Positions 37,724 to 47,251 of a stretch of DNA of 64,000 nucleotides are shown here, in pieces. Where the stretch lies: positions 672,001 through 736,000 of the forward strand of contig CAVWFS010000007.1 in the NCBI GenBank assembly GCA_963754315.1. The letters are read 5' to 3'. The notes beneath the pieces were generated by a model. That model worked only from the letters and a program-made list of their open reading frames with translations. It was not told the DNA's origin and ran no database searches. Source of the stretch: an uncultured Candidatus Rokubacteria bacterium (GTDB lineage: Bacteria > Methylomirabilota > Methylomirabilia > Rokubacteriales > CSP1-6). The stretch's first letter is position 1. The number at the start of each line of letters is the position of its first letter. A program made the translations under genes and the position numbers.

Positions 37724-38938
37724 CTACAAGGTCGGATTGGTGAAGGGCCCTCCGAGCACGAACAGGCCGTAGGCGGCACCAGCAATGTCGAAGTTGAACG
37801 AGAAGTGCTGGTTGATGGCCATCACGTCGCGCAAGTATCGCTGAAGGGGATCGCGAGAATAGATGCCGGCGGCGCCGTAGCAGGACCACAGGGTCTCGAC
37901 CGCCTCCCGCGCCTGATTCACGGCGAACGCGCAGTGGGCGCGGAAGCGAAGCTTGGTCTCGAGATCCGGTACCTCGTGCCGCTCGGCCTGGGCCTGGAAC
38001 TCGATGGCCGACTCACGCATGAGCGCCCGTGCGGCGTCGATCAAGCAGCGAGCGCGTGCCACCTTGACCTGGACGGCCTGGAAGCTCGCGACTTTCGCCC
38101 CGGTGTAGGTGCCCGCGCGCGTGGCTATCGACTCGAGGAAGAGGTCCAGGGCGCCCTGGGCGGTGCCGATGGCAGCCGCTCCGAGCGGGTGTCCCGACGG
38201 CGCCAGAATCGGAATGCGATAGAGCGGGCCGGAGTTGAGGATCGCCCCGGGGTGGGTCAGCCCCCCTCGGCAGCGGACCAGAGGGAGTGCACGGCGCGCG
38301 GGCACGAAGAGATCCGTCACCGCGATGTCCTTGCTACCGGTTCCCACCATCCCCATCGCGTACCACGTGTCGATGATCTCGTAATCGGCCTTAGGAACGA
38401 GGCATAGCCGCCAGTCGCTCGGCGGACCGCTATCGTCGGAGATGGTGACGGCCAGCATGTTCCATTCCGAGTTGTCCACGCCCGAGGAAAAGGGCCAGCG
38501 TCCACTCACCACGAAGCCCCCGTCGACCCGTCGGCCACGGCCAGCAGCGAGAGCGATGGATGAGGCGATCAACGCGTCGGGATTGGCGTCCCACACCTCG
38601 TGCTGCGTCTCGGGTTCGTAGAAGGCGAGCAGCCAGTGGTGGATGCCGAGATTGCCGACGTTCCACGCCGTGGAGGGGCAGCCCCGCGCCAGTTCCGCCA
38701 CGATATCGACGACGGCCACGAACGGAAGCTCCATCCCGCCGAAGAGGCGAGGCTGATGATAGCGGAACAATCCCTGCTCGTGCAGGAGTTGCTCGTTTTC
38801 GCGCAGCAGCAGGCGCGCCGCCTCGCTGGCACCAGCGCGCTCGCGCAGGATCGGCACCATCTCCCGCGCGCGTCGCAGCGCTTCATCGTAGCCGACACCA
38901 GAAAAGTCACGCCGCACCCGCTGAGGGAGCGTCCCCAC
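37724..38938 (-). CDS. Acyl-CoA dehydrogenase-fold flavin-dependent monooxygenase (HsaA/DszC-like)
   Basis: QPRLFGG, CPSTAW, SGRWPFSSGVDNSEW, DTWYAMGMVGTGSKD, PLQRYLRD. Confidence 0.88.
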   Translation of the reverse strand: MGTLPQRVRRDFSGVGYDEALRRAREMVPILRERAGASEAARLLLRENEQLLHEQGLFRYHQPRLFGGMELPFVAVVDIVAELARGCPSTAWNVGNLGIHHWLLAFYEPETQHEVWDANPDALIASSIALAAGRGRRVDGGFVVSGRWPFSSGVDNSEWNMLAVTISDDSGPPSDWRLCLVPKADYEIIDTWYAMGMVGTGSKDIAVTDLFVPARRALPLVRCRGGLTHPGAILNSGPLYRIPILAPSGHPLGAAAIGTAQGALDLFLESIATRAGTYTGAKVASFQAVQVKVARARCLIDAARALMRESAIEFQAQAERHEVPDLETKLRFRAHCAFAVNQAREAVETLWSCYGAAGIYSRDPLQRYLRDVMAINQHFSFNFDIAGAAYGLFVLGGPFTNPTL

Positions 38939-38964
38939 CCCAGGGATGCCGTCAGTCGTCGTGC

Positions 38965-39810
38965 TCAGGTCAGGACCGAAAGGAATGCGTGGTTAAAGCT
39001 GGTCCGCCGCCCCTCGAGCTGCGGTACCTGATCAAACCTTCCCTTGCGTAGCTTGTCGAGGGTGCTGCGGTGCAAGTCCTGGTAGCTGATGCTTCCCCCG
39101 CCCTCGCGCAGGGCTTGGACGAGACAGTAGGTCAGCGCGCCGTTGTAGCTCCCGCCGATGAAAGCGTCGGCCGACGTCTGGGTGTCCCGGCAGCCGGTGA
39201 TCAGTAGCTCAGGGAGGTCGGCGTCCACCACGTCCGACGTCCGCCGCTTCGCCCTGGACGACCGTCGGAGCTGGCCTGTGACCTTCCCGCGAAGCTTCCG
39301 TCCCGACTCCTCGGCCATGATGTCCCAGGGGTTGGGCAAATAGCGTGGAATGGATTCAGCGTCCGGCGGACGCAGCACCCGCGTGTTGGTTCCCGAGTGG
39401 CAACAGTCCATGACCACTGTGAGGCGCACGCCCTTGCGTAGCCGGTTGAGCGCCTTGCGTAGCCAGTCGTCGGTCAGGGGGCTCTTCCAGTCGAGATCGG
39501 TCGGGCACAGGATCTCGTCGCGTTCGTCCGCCTCGTCACCGTTCTTGTCGGGGACGTTGGCGCCGTGACCCGAATAATGCAGCAGCAGCACGTCGCCTGG
39601 GCGCCCGCTCGCGACGAGCTTCTTGATGCCCGCCTGCATGGCCGCCTTGGTGGCGTCGAAGTCCGTGAGCACCGTGATGTCGGAGCCCTTGAACCCGTAG
39701 GATTCGGTGAGGATCCCGCGAAGGTTGTTCACGTCGTTGACGCAACCACGCAGATCCGCCCCGGGAATCTTGTAGCGGTTGATGCCGATCAGCAGCGCCT
39801 TCTTAGCCAT
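38965..39810 (-). CDS. Metacaspase (peptidase C14), p20+p10, no accessory domain
   Basis: KKALLIGIN, LRGCVND, HYSGHG (His), MDCCHSG (Cys), GCRDTQTSADA, GALT, QVPQL. Confidence 0.92.
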   Translation of the reverse strand: MAKKALLIGINRYKIPGADLRGCVNDVNNLRGILTESYGFKGSDITVLTDFDATKAAMQAGIKKLVASGRPGDVLLLHYSGHGANVPDKNGDEADERDEILCPTDLDWKSPLTDDWLRKALNRLRKGVRLTVVMDCCHSGTNTRVLRPPDAESIPRYLPNPWDIMAEESGRKLRGKVTGQLRRSSRAKRRTSDVVDADLPELLITGCRDTQTSADAFIGGSYNGALTYCLVQALREGGGSISYQDLHRSTLDKLRKGRFDQVPQLEGRRTSFNHAFLSVLT

Positions 39811-39982
39811 GCGTGGTCTCCTTTCGCGGGAGGCGAGGTCAGGAGGTGGGAAGCCGCGGGCGGATCCGTTTCATCAACCATGGGATACTCCGGGACGGTC
39901 GCGCGCCGTCACCGGCCAGGCCCCATGCCTGGCCGCCGTTGCTGAGGACAGTCTAGCGTGAGGACGAAGGAGCCCACAAGCC

Positions 39983-41125
39983 ATGAAAGTGAAATCGGTC
40001 AGGACGTTTCTCGTCGATCCCGGCGCCCACAAGCGCTGGCTCTTCGTCAAGCTCGAAACCGACGGCGGTCTGCACGGCTGGGGTGAGTGCTACACGCAGC
40101 TGGATCGCGATCGAGCCATCGAGGCTCACGTCCAGGAGCTGGGGCGCTACCTGATCGACCGCAGCCCGTTCGACATCAAGCACTTCACGTACGTGGCCTA
40201 TACCGATTTCGCCACCAAGCGCGGGGCGATGGATCTGTACTGCGCCATCAGCGGCCTCGAGCAAGCCTTGTGGGACCTCGTCGGCAAAGCAACCGGTCAA
40301 CCTGTCTACAACCTGCTTGGGGGTGCCTTCCGGACGAGACTGCGCGTCTACGCGAACGGGTGGGCTAGCGGTCGCGATCCTGATCGTGTGGCCGAGCAAG
40401 CCCTGGCGACCGTGAAGCAAGGCTTCACGGCGCTCAAGTTCGATCCCTTCCCCGGCCCATGGCGAGCGTACATCGACGGCCGGGATGAGGCGCTGGCGGT
40501 CGAGAACGTGAAGGCCGTCCGCGACGCCGTGGGACCGGGAGTGGATATCCTGGTGGAGGTGCATCGGCGGCTGGCGCCCCTGCATGCCATCAGGATCGCG
40601 CGACGGATGGAACCGTACGCTCCCTTCTGGTACGAGGAGCCGGTGTCGGCCCGTGACCTCGGCGGCTTGGCTGAAGTCAAGCGGGCCATCACCTTACCTG
40701 TGGTCACGGGCGAAGAGCTCTACACGAAGACCGAGTTCCACGAAGTGATCCAGCGGCGTGCGGCGGACATTCTCAACCCCGACGTCTGCAACTGCGGCGG
40801 CATCCTGGAGCTCCGGGAGATCGCCGCCATGGCCGAGCCTCATCACATCGCCATGGCCCCCCACAACTACAACAGCACCACCCTCGGGCTGGCCGCCACC
40901 CTGCACGCCGCGGCCGGGATGCCCAACTTTTTGATCACCGAGTATTTTGTCAACTTCGAGGACCTGGGACGCGCGCTCGCGCGCACGCCGCTCCGGGTCG
41001 AGGAGAGCTACATCACCCTGCCCACCGCCCCCGGTCTCGGCGTCGACCTGAATGAGGACGAGGTCGCCCGCCACCCATACCGAGCCCGGAGCCTCCGCCC
41101 GCTCCGGCGACCCCGAGACGAGTGA
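39983..41125 (+). CDS. Mandelate racemase/MLE family enzyme (galactonate dehydratase-like)
   Basis: WLFVKLETD, ISGLEQALWDL, KFDPF, EVH, YEEP, TGE, PDVCNCGG, APHN. Confidence 0.88.
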   Translation: MKVKSVRTFLVDPGAHKRWLFVKLETDGGLHGWGECYTQLDRDRAIEAHVQELGRYLIDRSPFDIKHFTYVAYTDFATKRGAMDLYCAISGLEQALWDLVGKATGQPVYNLLGGAFRTRLRVYANGWASGRDPDRVAEQALATVKQGFTALKFDPFPGPWRAYIDGRDEALAVENVKAVRDAVGPGVDILVEVHRRLAPLHAIRIARRMEPYAPFWYEEPVSARDLGGLAEVKRAITLPVVTGEELYTKTEFHEVIQRRAADILNPDVCNCGGILELREIAAMAEPHHIAMAPHNYNSTTLGLAATLHAAAGMPNFLITEYFVNFEDLGRALARTPLRVEESYITLPTAPGLGVDLNEDEVARHPYRARSLRPLRRPRDE

Positions 41126-41154
41126 GGCGCCTGCCCCGCGCGTGCTCCCGAGGG

Positions 41155-41220
41155 GCGGCCCGGGTTCCCCGGGCCGCTCCGAGCGCCGGGGGGCCAGGGG
41201 GGCGCCTTCGGAGGCCCCCC
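41155..41220. terminator. Two GC-rich hairpins between convergent genes (bidirectional terminator or REP-like)
   Basis: GCGGCCCGGG-ttc-CCCGGGCCGC (41155-41177) and GGGGGGcGCCT-tcgg-AGGCCCCCC (41197-41220). Confidence 0.55.
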
Positions 41221-41228
41221 ATACAAAC

Positions 41229-42005
41229 TCAATGCATCACGAGCCCACCGGTCACGTTGATGGCCTGGCCTGTCATGTAGCCGGCCCGGCTCGAGGCGAG
41301 GAAGCCGATCACCTTGGCCACGTCCTCGGGACGCTCCATGCGACCCAGCGGCACCTGGGTGAGGCGCTGGCGCGTGAACTCCTCAGGCGAGAGTCCGGCC
41401 ATCGCTCCCAGATCGCGGGAGACGCTCGTCCACATGTCGGTCTCCACGAAGCCGGGGCAGACGCAGTTGACGCGGATACCGTCCCCGGCGTGGGCCAGGG
41501 CCAGACTCTTGGTGATGCTGATCACGGCCGCCTTGCTTGCGTTGTACGGCAGGTTACCCTTGCTCCCCACCTTGCCCGCCATCGAGGCGAGGCTGATGAT
41601 GGCGCCGCTCTTCTGCGCGATCATGACCGGAAGAACCGCCTGGCTCGCAAAGAAGACCGCCTTGGCGTTGACGTCCATCACTGCGTCCCAGTGCTCCTCG
41701 GTGACGTCGAGCGGCGCCGCGGCGCGATAGATACCGGCGTTGTTCACGAGGATGTCGATTCGCCCGAAGTCGGCGCGGGTGCGCTCGGCCATGGCCTTGA
41801 GGTTGTCGCCGGACGTGACGTCGGTCGCCAGAACCTGGGCTCGCCGGCCCAGGGCCTTCACCTCAGCCGCCGTGCGCTCGGCACCGGCACGGTCTAGCTC
41901 GGCGATGACAACATCCGCGCCCATCCGCGCCAGCTCGAGCGCGGTGGCGTGGCCGATCCCCCGCCCGGCACCGGTAACGATGGCAACGTGATCTTTGAGC
42001 TCCAT
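41229..42005 (-). CDS. SDR family oxidoreductase
   Basis: TGAGRGIG, NNAG, YNASK, GIRVNCVCPG. Confidence 0.92.
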   Translation of the reverse strand: MELKDHVAIVTGAGRGIGHATALELARMGADVVIAELDRAGAERTAAEVKALGRRAQVLATDVTSGDNLKAMAERTRADFGRIDILVNNAGIYRAAAPLDVTEEHWDAVMDVNAKAVFFASQAVLPVMIAQKSGAIISLASMAGKVGSKGNLPYNASKAAVISITKSLALAHAGDGIRVNCVCPGFVETDMWTSVSRDLGAMAGLSPEEFTRQRLTQVPLGRMERPEDVAKVIGFLASSRAGYMTGQAINVTGGLVMH

Positions 42006-42030
42006 GGATTCCTCCTCGAGGAGCGGCGGA

Positions 42031-43134
42031 CTATGACGTGCTCGTGTGGTCGTTGAAGCGCGGCATCACTTCCGTCGCCAATAGCTCCATGGACCGCCGC
42101 CAGAGCTTGGGTTGGTCCCAGTCGTGGCCGGCCATCAGCAGGGTGCCGAAGGGCCCGATCTCATCACGCAGGGCCACGAGTTGGTCCAGCACCCGCCGGG
42201 AGTTACCCGCGATGATCATGCCGCGCTTGATCGCGTCCATGGTCACCGCCTCGTCCGGCATGTCGAGATCGGGCTTGACCATGAACAACGCCTTACGGAG
42301 CTGGGTGAAGCTGAAGAGGAAGAAGCGATAGTAGAAGGACAGGCCGTTGCTCGGATCCGCCAGGTAGTCTTCAGCCTCGGCGTCCGTCTCGGTCACCAGC
42401 ACGCTGCGTGAGACGCGCCAGATGTTCGGATCGGGCCGACGTCCCGCCCGCTCGCACCCCTCCACGTACCTCTCCCAGTGACCGCGCAGGTAACGCCGAT
42501 GAAAGAAGTTGCCGGACACCGGGATCCAGCCACGCTCGCCGGCCGTCCGCGCGCTGTTCGAGTTCGGCGTCAGGAGCGAGAGGGCAATTGGCGGATGCGG
42601 TTGCTGGAACGGGCGGGGAACGTAGCCCACCTTGAACTCGGGATAGATGCTCTTCTCCAGCGAGACCTTCCAGAACCGGCCGTCGATGCGATAGGGCGGA
42701 TCCTGTGCCCACAGCGCCAAGATGGTATCGATGGACTCGATGACCATCTGCGGGCGCAACTCGGCTTGACCGACGTCGAACAGCTCCAGGTCGCTGGCCA
42801 GGCCTCCCGGACCGATGCCCATGATGAAGCGCCCCCGACAGAGCTGGTCGAACATGGCGGCATGGGCGGCCACCGTGGCCGGGTGCAGCTGCGGCAGATT
42901 GATCACGCCGGTGCCGAAGTGGATCTGTCGGGTGCGATCGACGAGGGTGGCCAAGAAGATCAACGGCGAGGTGATGCGCTCGCTCCATGAGCTGAAGTGC
43001 TCCCCCACGAAGACCTCTGAAAAGCCCAGGCGGTCGGCGAGGACGATGGCCTCCCGATCCTCCTCGAGAATGGTGGCGTAGTCGCGAGAGGGATGGTGAA
43101 AGGGCATCGTGAACATCCCGAGCTTGACGGTCAC
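42031..43134 (-). CDS. LLM-class flavin-dependent oxidoreductase
   Basis: GTG start 43134 coupled to the upstream stop; KLGMFTMPFH, VGEHF, GTGVINLP, GIGPGG, PFQQPHPP. Confidence 0.88.
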   Translation of the reverse strand: MTVKLGMFTMPFHHPSRDYATILEEDREAIVLADRLGFSEVFVGEHFSSWSERITSPLIFLATLVDRTRQIHFGTGVINLPQLHPATVAAHAAMFDQLCRGRFIMGIGPGGLASDLELFDVGQAELRPQMVIESIDTILALWAQDPPYRIDGRFWKVSLEKSIYPEFKVGYVPRPFQQPHPPIALSLLTPNSNSARTAGERGWIPVSGNFFHRRYLRGHWERYVEGCERAGRRPDPNIWRVSRSVLVTETDAEAEDYLADPSNGLSFYYRFFLFSFTQLRKALFMVKPDLDMPDEAVTMDAIKRGMIIAGNSRRVLDQLVALRDEIGPFGTLLMAGHDWDQPKLWRRSMELLATEVMPRFNDHTSTS

Positions 43135-44399
43135 GGAATCTCCTCTCCTTGTGTTGCCTCCGAGACCGGCTCGATCACACCAGCGGCATGCAGCGCCGCG
43201 AGCTCGTCCGGGCTCAGGCTCAACAGCTCCGACAGCACACGATCGGTGTCTTGGCCCAGCAGGGGCGCCGGCCGATCGACGGTGGCTGGCTCGCTTCCGT
43301 GCAGCCGGATCGGCGAGATCGGCACTCGCGTCTTCCCGCGGCGCGGGTGCTCGACGTCCACCCACACACCGCGCTCCGTGAGGTGCGGATCGTTGACGAC
43401 CTCGCCGGTGGTGCGAACGGGGGCACAGGGGACGTGGGCTGTCGTGAGCACTTTCAGCACGTCTTCCTTGCCCCGCGACCGCGTCCACGCCTCCACCATC
43501 GCGTCGATCTCGTCCACCCGCGCTGCCCGGCCTGGTGTGGTGGCGAAATCCGGATTGCTCAGGAGGTCCTCCCGGCCAAGGACACGCGCCATGCTGTGCC
43601 AGTGACGTTCCGATGCGGTGAAGATGGCCACATAGCCATCCGCGGTGGGGTAGACGTTGTAGGGCGCAATGGCCAGCGCCGGATGACGGTTGGCCGTGCG
43701 GACAGGCACGCCGCCGTCGCCGTCCATGAACACGCCGACTGCACTGGCCAGGGCCATGACGGCCGCCTCCAGCATCGCGACTTCGACGAGCTGACCTCTC
43801 CCGGTCCGCTCGCGGTGAAGGAGTGCGCCCAGGACTCCTCCGAACAGATGCACCCCGGCCAGGAAATCGCACACGGCCGGCCCCGCTTTGACCGGCGGCC
43901 GATCGGGAAACCCGGTGGCGTTCATGATGCCGCTCATGGCCTGGATAGTCAGGTCCATGGCTGGCAAGTCCCGGTAGGGGCCGGTCAGGCCGAATCCGTT
44001 GCCCGCTCCATACACGAGCCGGGGATTCTCGGCGCGCAGCACGTCCCAGCCGAGCCCAAGACGATCCATCACCCCGGCCGCGAAGTTCTCCACCACGACG
44101 TCGGCCAGGCGCGCCAGGCGCAGGAACAGCGCTTTGCCCTGAGGGTGCTTGAGATCGAGGACGACCGATTCCTTGTTGGAGTTGAGCATGACCAGCGGGT
44201 AGGGCTCGACCCCCCGCTTCCGCCGCCGCAGCACGTCGCCCTCCGGCGACTCGATCTTGATGACCCGCGCGCCCATGAATCCCAGCAGGAGCCCACAGTA
44301 GGGCCCGTTGTAGATCTGGCCCAGATCCAGCACCAGCGTCCCTTCAAGCGGCCGCCGCGCGCCCTTCGTCATCGCGGACTCTCTCACTTCGTCACTCAC
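43131..44399 (-). CDS. CaiB/BaiF family III CoA-transferase
   Basis: GPYCG..GARVIKIE, NSNKES, DVVVENF, GFGLTGPY, DLTIQAMSG, APLLGQDT. Confidence 0.92.
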   Translation of the reverse strand: MSDEVRESAMTKGARRPLEGTLVLDLGQIYNGPYCGLLLGFMGARVIKIESPEGDVLRRRKRGVEPYPLVMLNSNKESVVLDLKHPQGKALFLRLARLADVVVENFAAGVMDRLGLGWDVLRAENPRLVYGAGNGFGLTGPYRDLPAMDLTIQAMSGIMNATGFPDRPPVKAGPAVCDFLAGVHLFGGVLGALLHRERTGRGQLVEVAMLEAAVMALASAVGVFMDGDGGVPVRTANRHPALAIAPYNVYPTADGYVAIFTASERHWHSMARVLGREDLLSNPDFATTPGRAARVDEIDAMVEAWTRSRGKEDVLKVLTTAHVPCAPVRTTGEVVNDPHLTERGVWVDVEHPRRGKTRVPISPIRLHGSEPATVDRPAPLLGQDTDRVLSELLSLSPDELAALHAAGVIEPVSEATQGEEIP

Positions 44400-45511
44400 C
44401 CCTTCATTTCAATCCCCGCGCGCGTCACGTGACCCTTGTCCTGCTGGGCGAAGGCCTCGTTGATGGCCTCCAGTGGAAACTTGTGCGACACAACCTTGTC
44501 CCAGGGATAGCGGGTCCGTGTCCGCCGCATCAGATCGAGGGCACCGCGCAGGTGCTCGGCCTCGTAGTGGGAGAGCCCGAGGATGCGGCGGTTGCCGAAG
44601 ATGATCCAGGCCGGGTCGAACTCGGCCTTCCAGCCGACATTGATGTTGCCGATCTCGACGTACGTTCCCTCCAGCGCCGTCATCCGGAGTCCCTCGTCGA
44701 CGACTTGCGGATGACCTACGAGCTCCATGACGACGTCGCCGCCCCAGTCGTCGGTGAGCGCCTTGATCCGCTGGATCCGCGCCTCGGGCGTACGGTACTC
44801 GCGCAGGTCAACCGCCTCGTGGGCGCCGAACTGACGGGCAAGCGCCAACCGCTCGTCCACTCCATCGATGACGATCACACGACCCGCTCCCATCTCGCGA
44901 GCGACCGCGCACGCGTACACGCCGAGGCCGCCCGCCCCCTGGATGACGACGGTCTGGCCAGCGCGGAGGGCGGCCAGATCGAGTCCCGCGTACACCTGGG
45001 TGAACGCGCAGTTCACCCCGGCGGCCATCTCGTCGGTGATATCGTCGGTGAGCTTGAAGACCGCGTGGTTCGGGCGCAAGTAGAAGTACTCGCCGAAGCC
45101 GCCTTGAAAGTGGGGCCAGACTTCGCAGGAGACGAGCCAGTTGGCCTGGCGCACCGGACACGACTTGGTGCGGCGCATGAGGCAGGCGCGACAGCGGCCG
45201 CATGGAAAGAAGAACCGGTACGCTACGCGGTCACCGACCGCGAGCGGTTGCCCGGCCGAGTCCGTCGTGACTCCGGGCCCGAGCTTGCCGACTCGCCCCA
45301 CGTGCTCGTGGCCGGTGTTGAGGGGCAATGGCCGCCCCATCTTCACGTAATCCAGCTCACCCCGCCAGTAGTGCAGGTCGGAACCGCACACGTTGGCCAG
45401 CGCCACCTTGATGAGGATAGCCCCGGGTTCTGGATCGGGCACCGGATACTCTCGAATCTCGAATGGCTTGCCGGCTCCATGAAAAACCGCCATCCTCGCC
45501 TTTTCTGCCAT
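44396..45511 (-). CDS. Zinc-binding (MDR) alcohol dehydrogenase
   Basis: CGSDLH, GHE, CGRCRAC..C, GAGGLG. Confidence 0.92.
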   Translation of the reverse strand: MAEKARMAVFHGAGKPFEIREYPVPDPEPGAILIKVALANVCGSDLHYWRGELDYVKMGRPLPLNTGHEHVGRVGKLGPGVTTDSAGQPLAVGDRVAYRFFFPCGRCRACLMRRTKSCPVRQANWLVSCEVWPHFQGGFGEYFYLRPNHAVFKLTDDITDEMAAGVNCAFTQVYAGLDLAALRAGQTVVIQGAGGLGVYACAVAREMGAGRVIVIDGVDERLALARQFGAHEAVDLREYRTPEARIQRIKALTDDWGGDVVMELVGHPQVVDEGLRMTALEGTYVEIGNINVGWKAEFDPAWIIFGNRRILGLSHYEAEHLRGALDLMRRTRTRYPWDKVVSHKFPLEAINEAFAQQDKGHVTRAGIEMKG

Positions 45512-45668
45512 GGTGCCCTCCCCTCGGCTATCGCGGCCGAAGTGTAACAGGCGCCCTCTTGCCTATCCAGACGGATCTCCCGGGAGCGTGCGAGGTATAC
45601 TCGCGGCGCAGGGGAGCCGGGCAAGCCGATCAACGTGGTGAACCCCAAAGTGTTGGAGACCATCGGGC

Positions 45669-46838
45669 ATGACCATCAAGGGTAAGGCGTACATCGCAGG
45701 GATCTTCGAGCACCCCACGCGCAAGGCCGACGACAAGTCGCTGGCCCAGCTTCATGCCGAATCTGCCAAGGGCGCCCTCCAGGACGCGGGTCTGACCAAG
45801 GAGGACGTGGATGGCTACTTCTGCGCCGGAGACGCGCCCGGGCTGGGGCCGCTATCCATGGCCGATTACATGGGGCTGCGTCTGCGCCACGTGGACACCA
45901 CCGACACCGGGGGATCGTCCTACGTCATCCACGTTGCTCATGCCGCGCAGGCTATCGCCGCCGGGAAGTGTAACGTGGCGCTCATCACCCTGGCGGGGCG
46001 GCCACGAGCTGAGGGCATGGCCACCGGCACCGCACCGCGCAACTACGGCGCGACGACACCCGACGGTCCCTTCGAGTATCCCTTCGGCCCCACCGTGGTG
46101 AACCAGTACGCGATGGCCGCCATGCGCCACATGCACCAGTACGGGACCACCAGCGCCCAGTTGGCCTGGATCAAGGTGGCCGCCTCCCGCCACGCCCAGC
46201 ACAATCCGCACGCCATGCTGCGAGAGGTCGTCACCGTCGACGACGTTGTCAACTCGCCCATGATCTCCGATCCCCTGCATCGGCTCGACTGCTGCGTCAT
46301 CAGTGACGGCGGCGGCGCCATCATCGTCGTCAAGCCGGAGGTGGCCCGAAGCCTGACCCGGCCGCGGGTTAAGGTGCTTGGCACCGGGGAAGCCATCAAG
46401 CACCAGATGGGCGGAAAAATCGACCTGACGTACTCGGGCGCCGTCTGGTCGGGTCCGGCCGCTTTTGCCGAAGCCGGGGTCAAGCCGTCGGATGTCAAGT
46501 ACGTCTCCATCTATGACAGCTTCACGATCACCGTGCTCATCACCCTCGAAGACCTGGGCTTCTGCGAGAAAGGGCAAGGCGGTAAGTTCGTGTCCGATGG
46601 CAATCTCATCGCGGGGGTCGGCGCTCTGCCCTTCAACACCGACGGTGGCGGGCTTTGCAACAACCACCCGGCCAACCGGGGCGGCCTGACCAAGGTGGTG
46701 GAGGCCGTGCGGCAGCTGCGCGGCGAGGCGCACCCACAGGTGCAGGTGAAGAACTGCCAGGTGGCGCTGGCACACGGGACTGGCGGCTCGCTCGGTACCC
46801 GGCATGGTAGCGCAACGTTGATCATGGAAAGGGAGTGA
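45669..46838 (+). CDS. Thiolase-fold protein (SCP-x/Ltp2-like)
   Basis: DTGGSS, AMRHMHQYG, LDCCVISDGGGA, IYDSFT, NTDGGGL, QLRGEA. Confidence 0.88.
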   Translation: MTIKGKAYIAGIFEHPTRKADDKSLAQLHAESAKGALQDAGLTKEDVDGYFCAGDAPGLGPLSMADYMGLRLRHVDTTDTGGSSYVIHVAHAAQAIAAGKCNVALITLAGRPRAEGMATGTAPRNYGATTPDGPFEYPFGPTVVNQYAMAAMRHMHQYGTTSAQLAWIKVAASRHAQHNPHAMLREVVTVDDVVNSPMISDPLHRLDCCVISDGGGAIIVVKPEVARSLTRPRVKVLGTGEAIKHQMGGKIDLTYSGAVWSGPAAFAEAGVKPSDVKYVSIYDSFTITVLITLEDLGFCEKGQGGKFVSDGNLIAGVGALPFNTDGGGLCNNHPANRGGLTKVVEAVRQLRGEAHPQVQVKNCQVALAHGTGGSLGTRHGSATLIMERE

Positions 46839-46843
46839 GGATC

Positions 46844-47237
46844 ATGCCAGCTGAGAAACGGGCGATCCCGGCTCCGCAGCCGACCCAGGAGACCCAGGCG
46901 TTTTGGGAGGCGGCGTCGGCCGGTGACCCTCCTCGTCAAGAAGTGTGCCTCGTGCGCCCAGGTGCATCACTACCCACGCGCGATCTGTCCATTCTGCTTC
47001 AGTGAGACGACCCAATGGCTCCCCGCCTCGGGCCGAGGGTCCATCTACTCCTACAGCGTGATGCGCCGCGTTCCCGTTCCCTACGCCATCGCGTATGTGA
47101 CGCTCGAGGAAGGCGTGAGCATGATGACCAACATCGTCGATTGCGATCTCGATACGATCCGCATCGGTCAGCAGGTCAAGGTGGTCTTCAAGCCCACCGA
47201 GGGCGGGCCGCCCGTTCCCATGTTCACACCAGCCTGA
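46844..47237 (+). CDS. DUF35 Zn-ribbon/OB-fold protein (one apparent +1 frameshift near 46925)
   Basis: MPAEKRAIPAPQPTQETQAFWEAA.. in one frame continues as ..LLVKKCASCAQVHHYPRAICPFC..PYAIAYVTLEEG in another. Confidence 0.8.
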
Positions 47238-47251
47238 CCCGTCGATCGCGT

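Noticed and set aside
20235..42020. Identical 19-mer CCATGGATTCCTCCTCGAG at ~20235 and ~42002
   Set aside because: It is the reverse complement of an RBS plus start context (GAGGAGGAATCCATGG); convergence, not a mobile repeat.
46844..47237. Programmed frameshift in the DUF35 gene
   Set aside because: No slippery sequence at the shift, and the window has other indels consistent with sequencing error.
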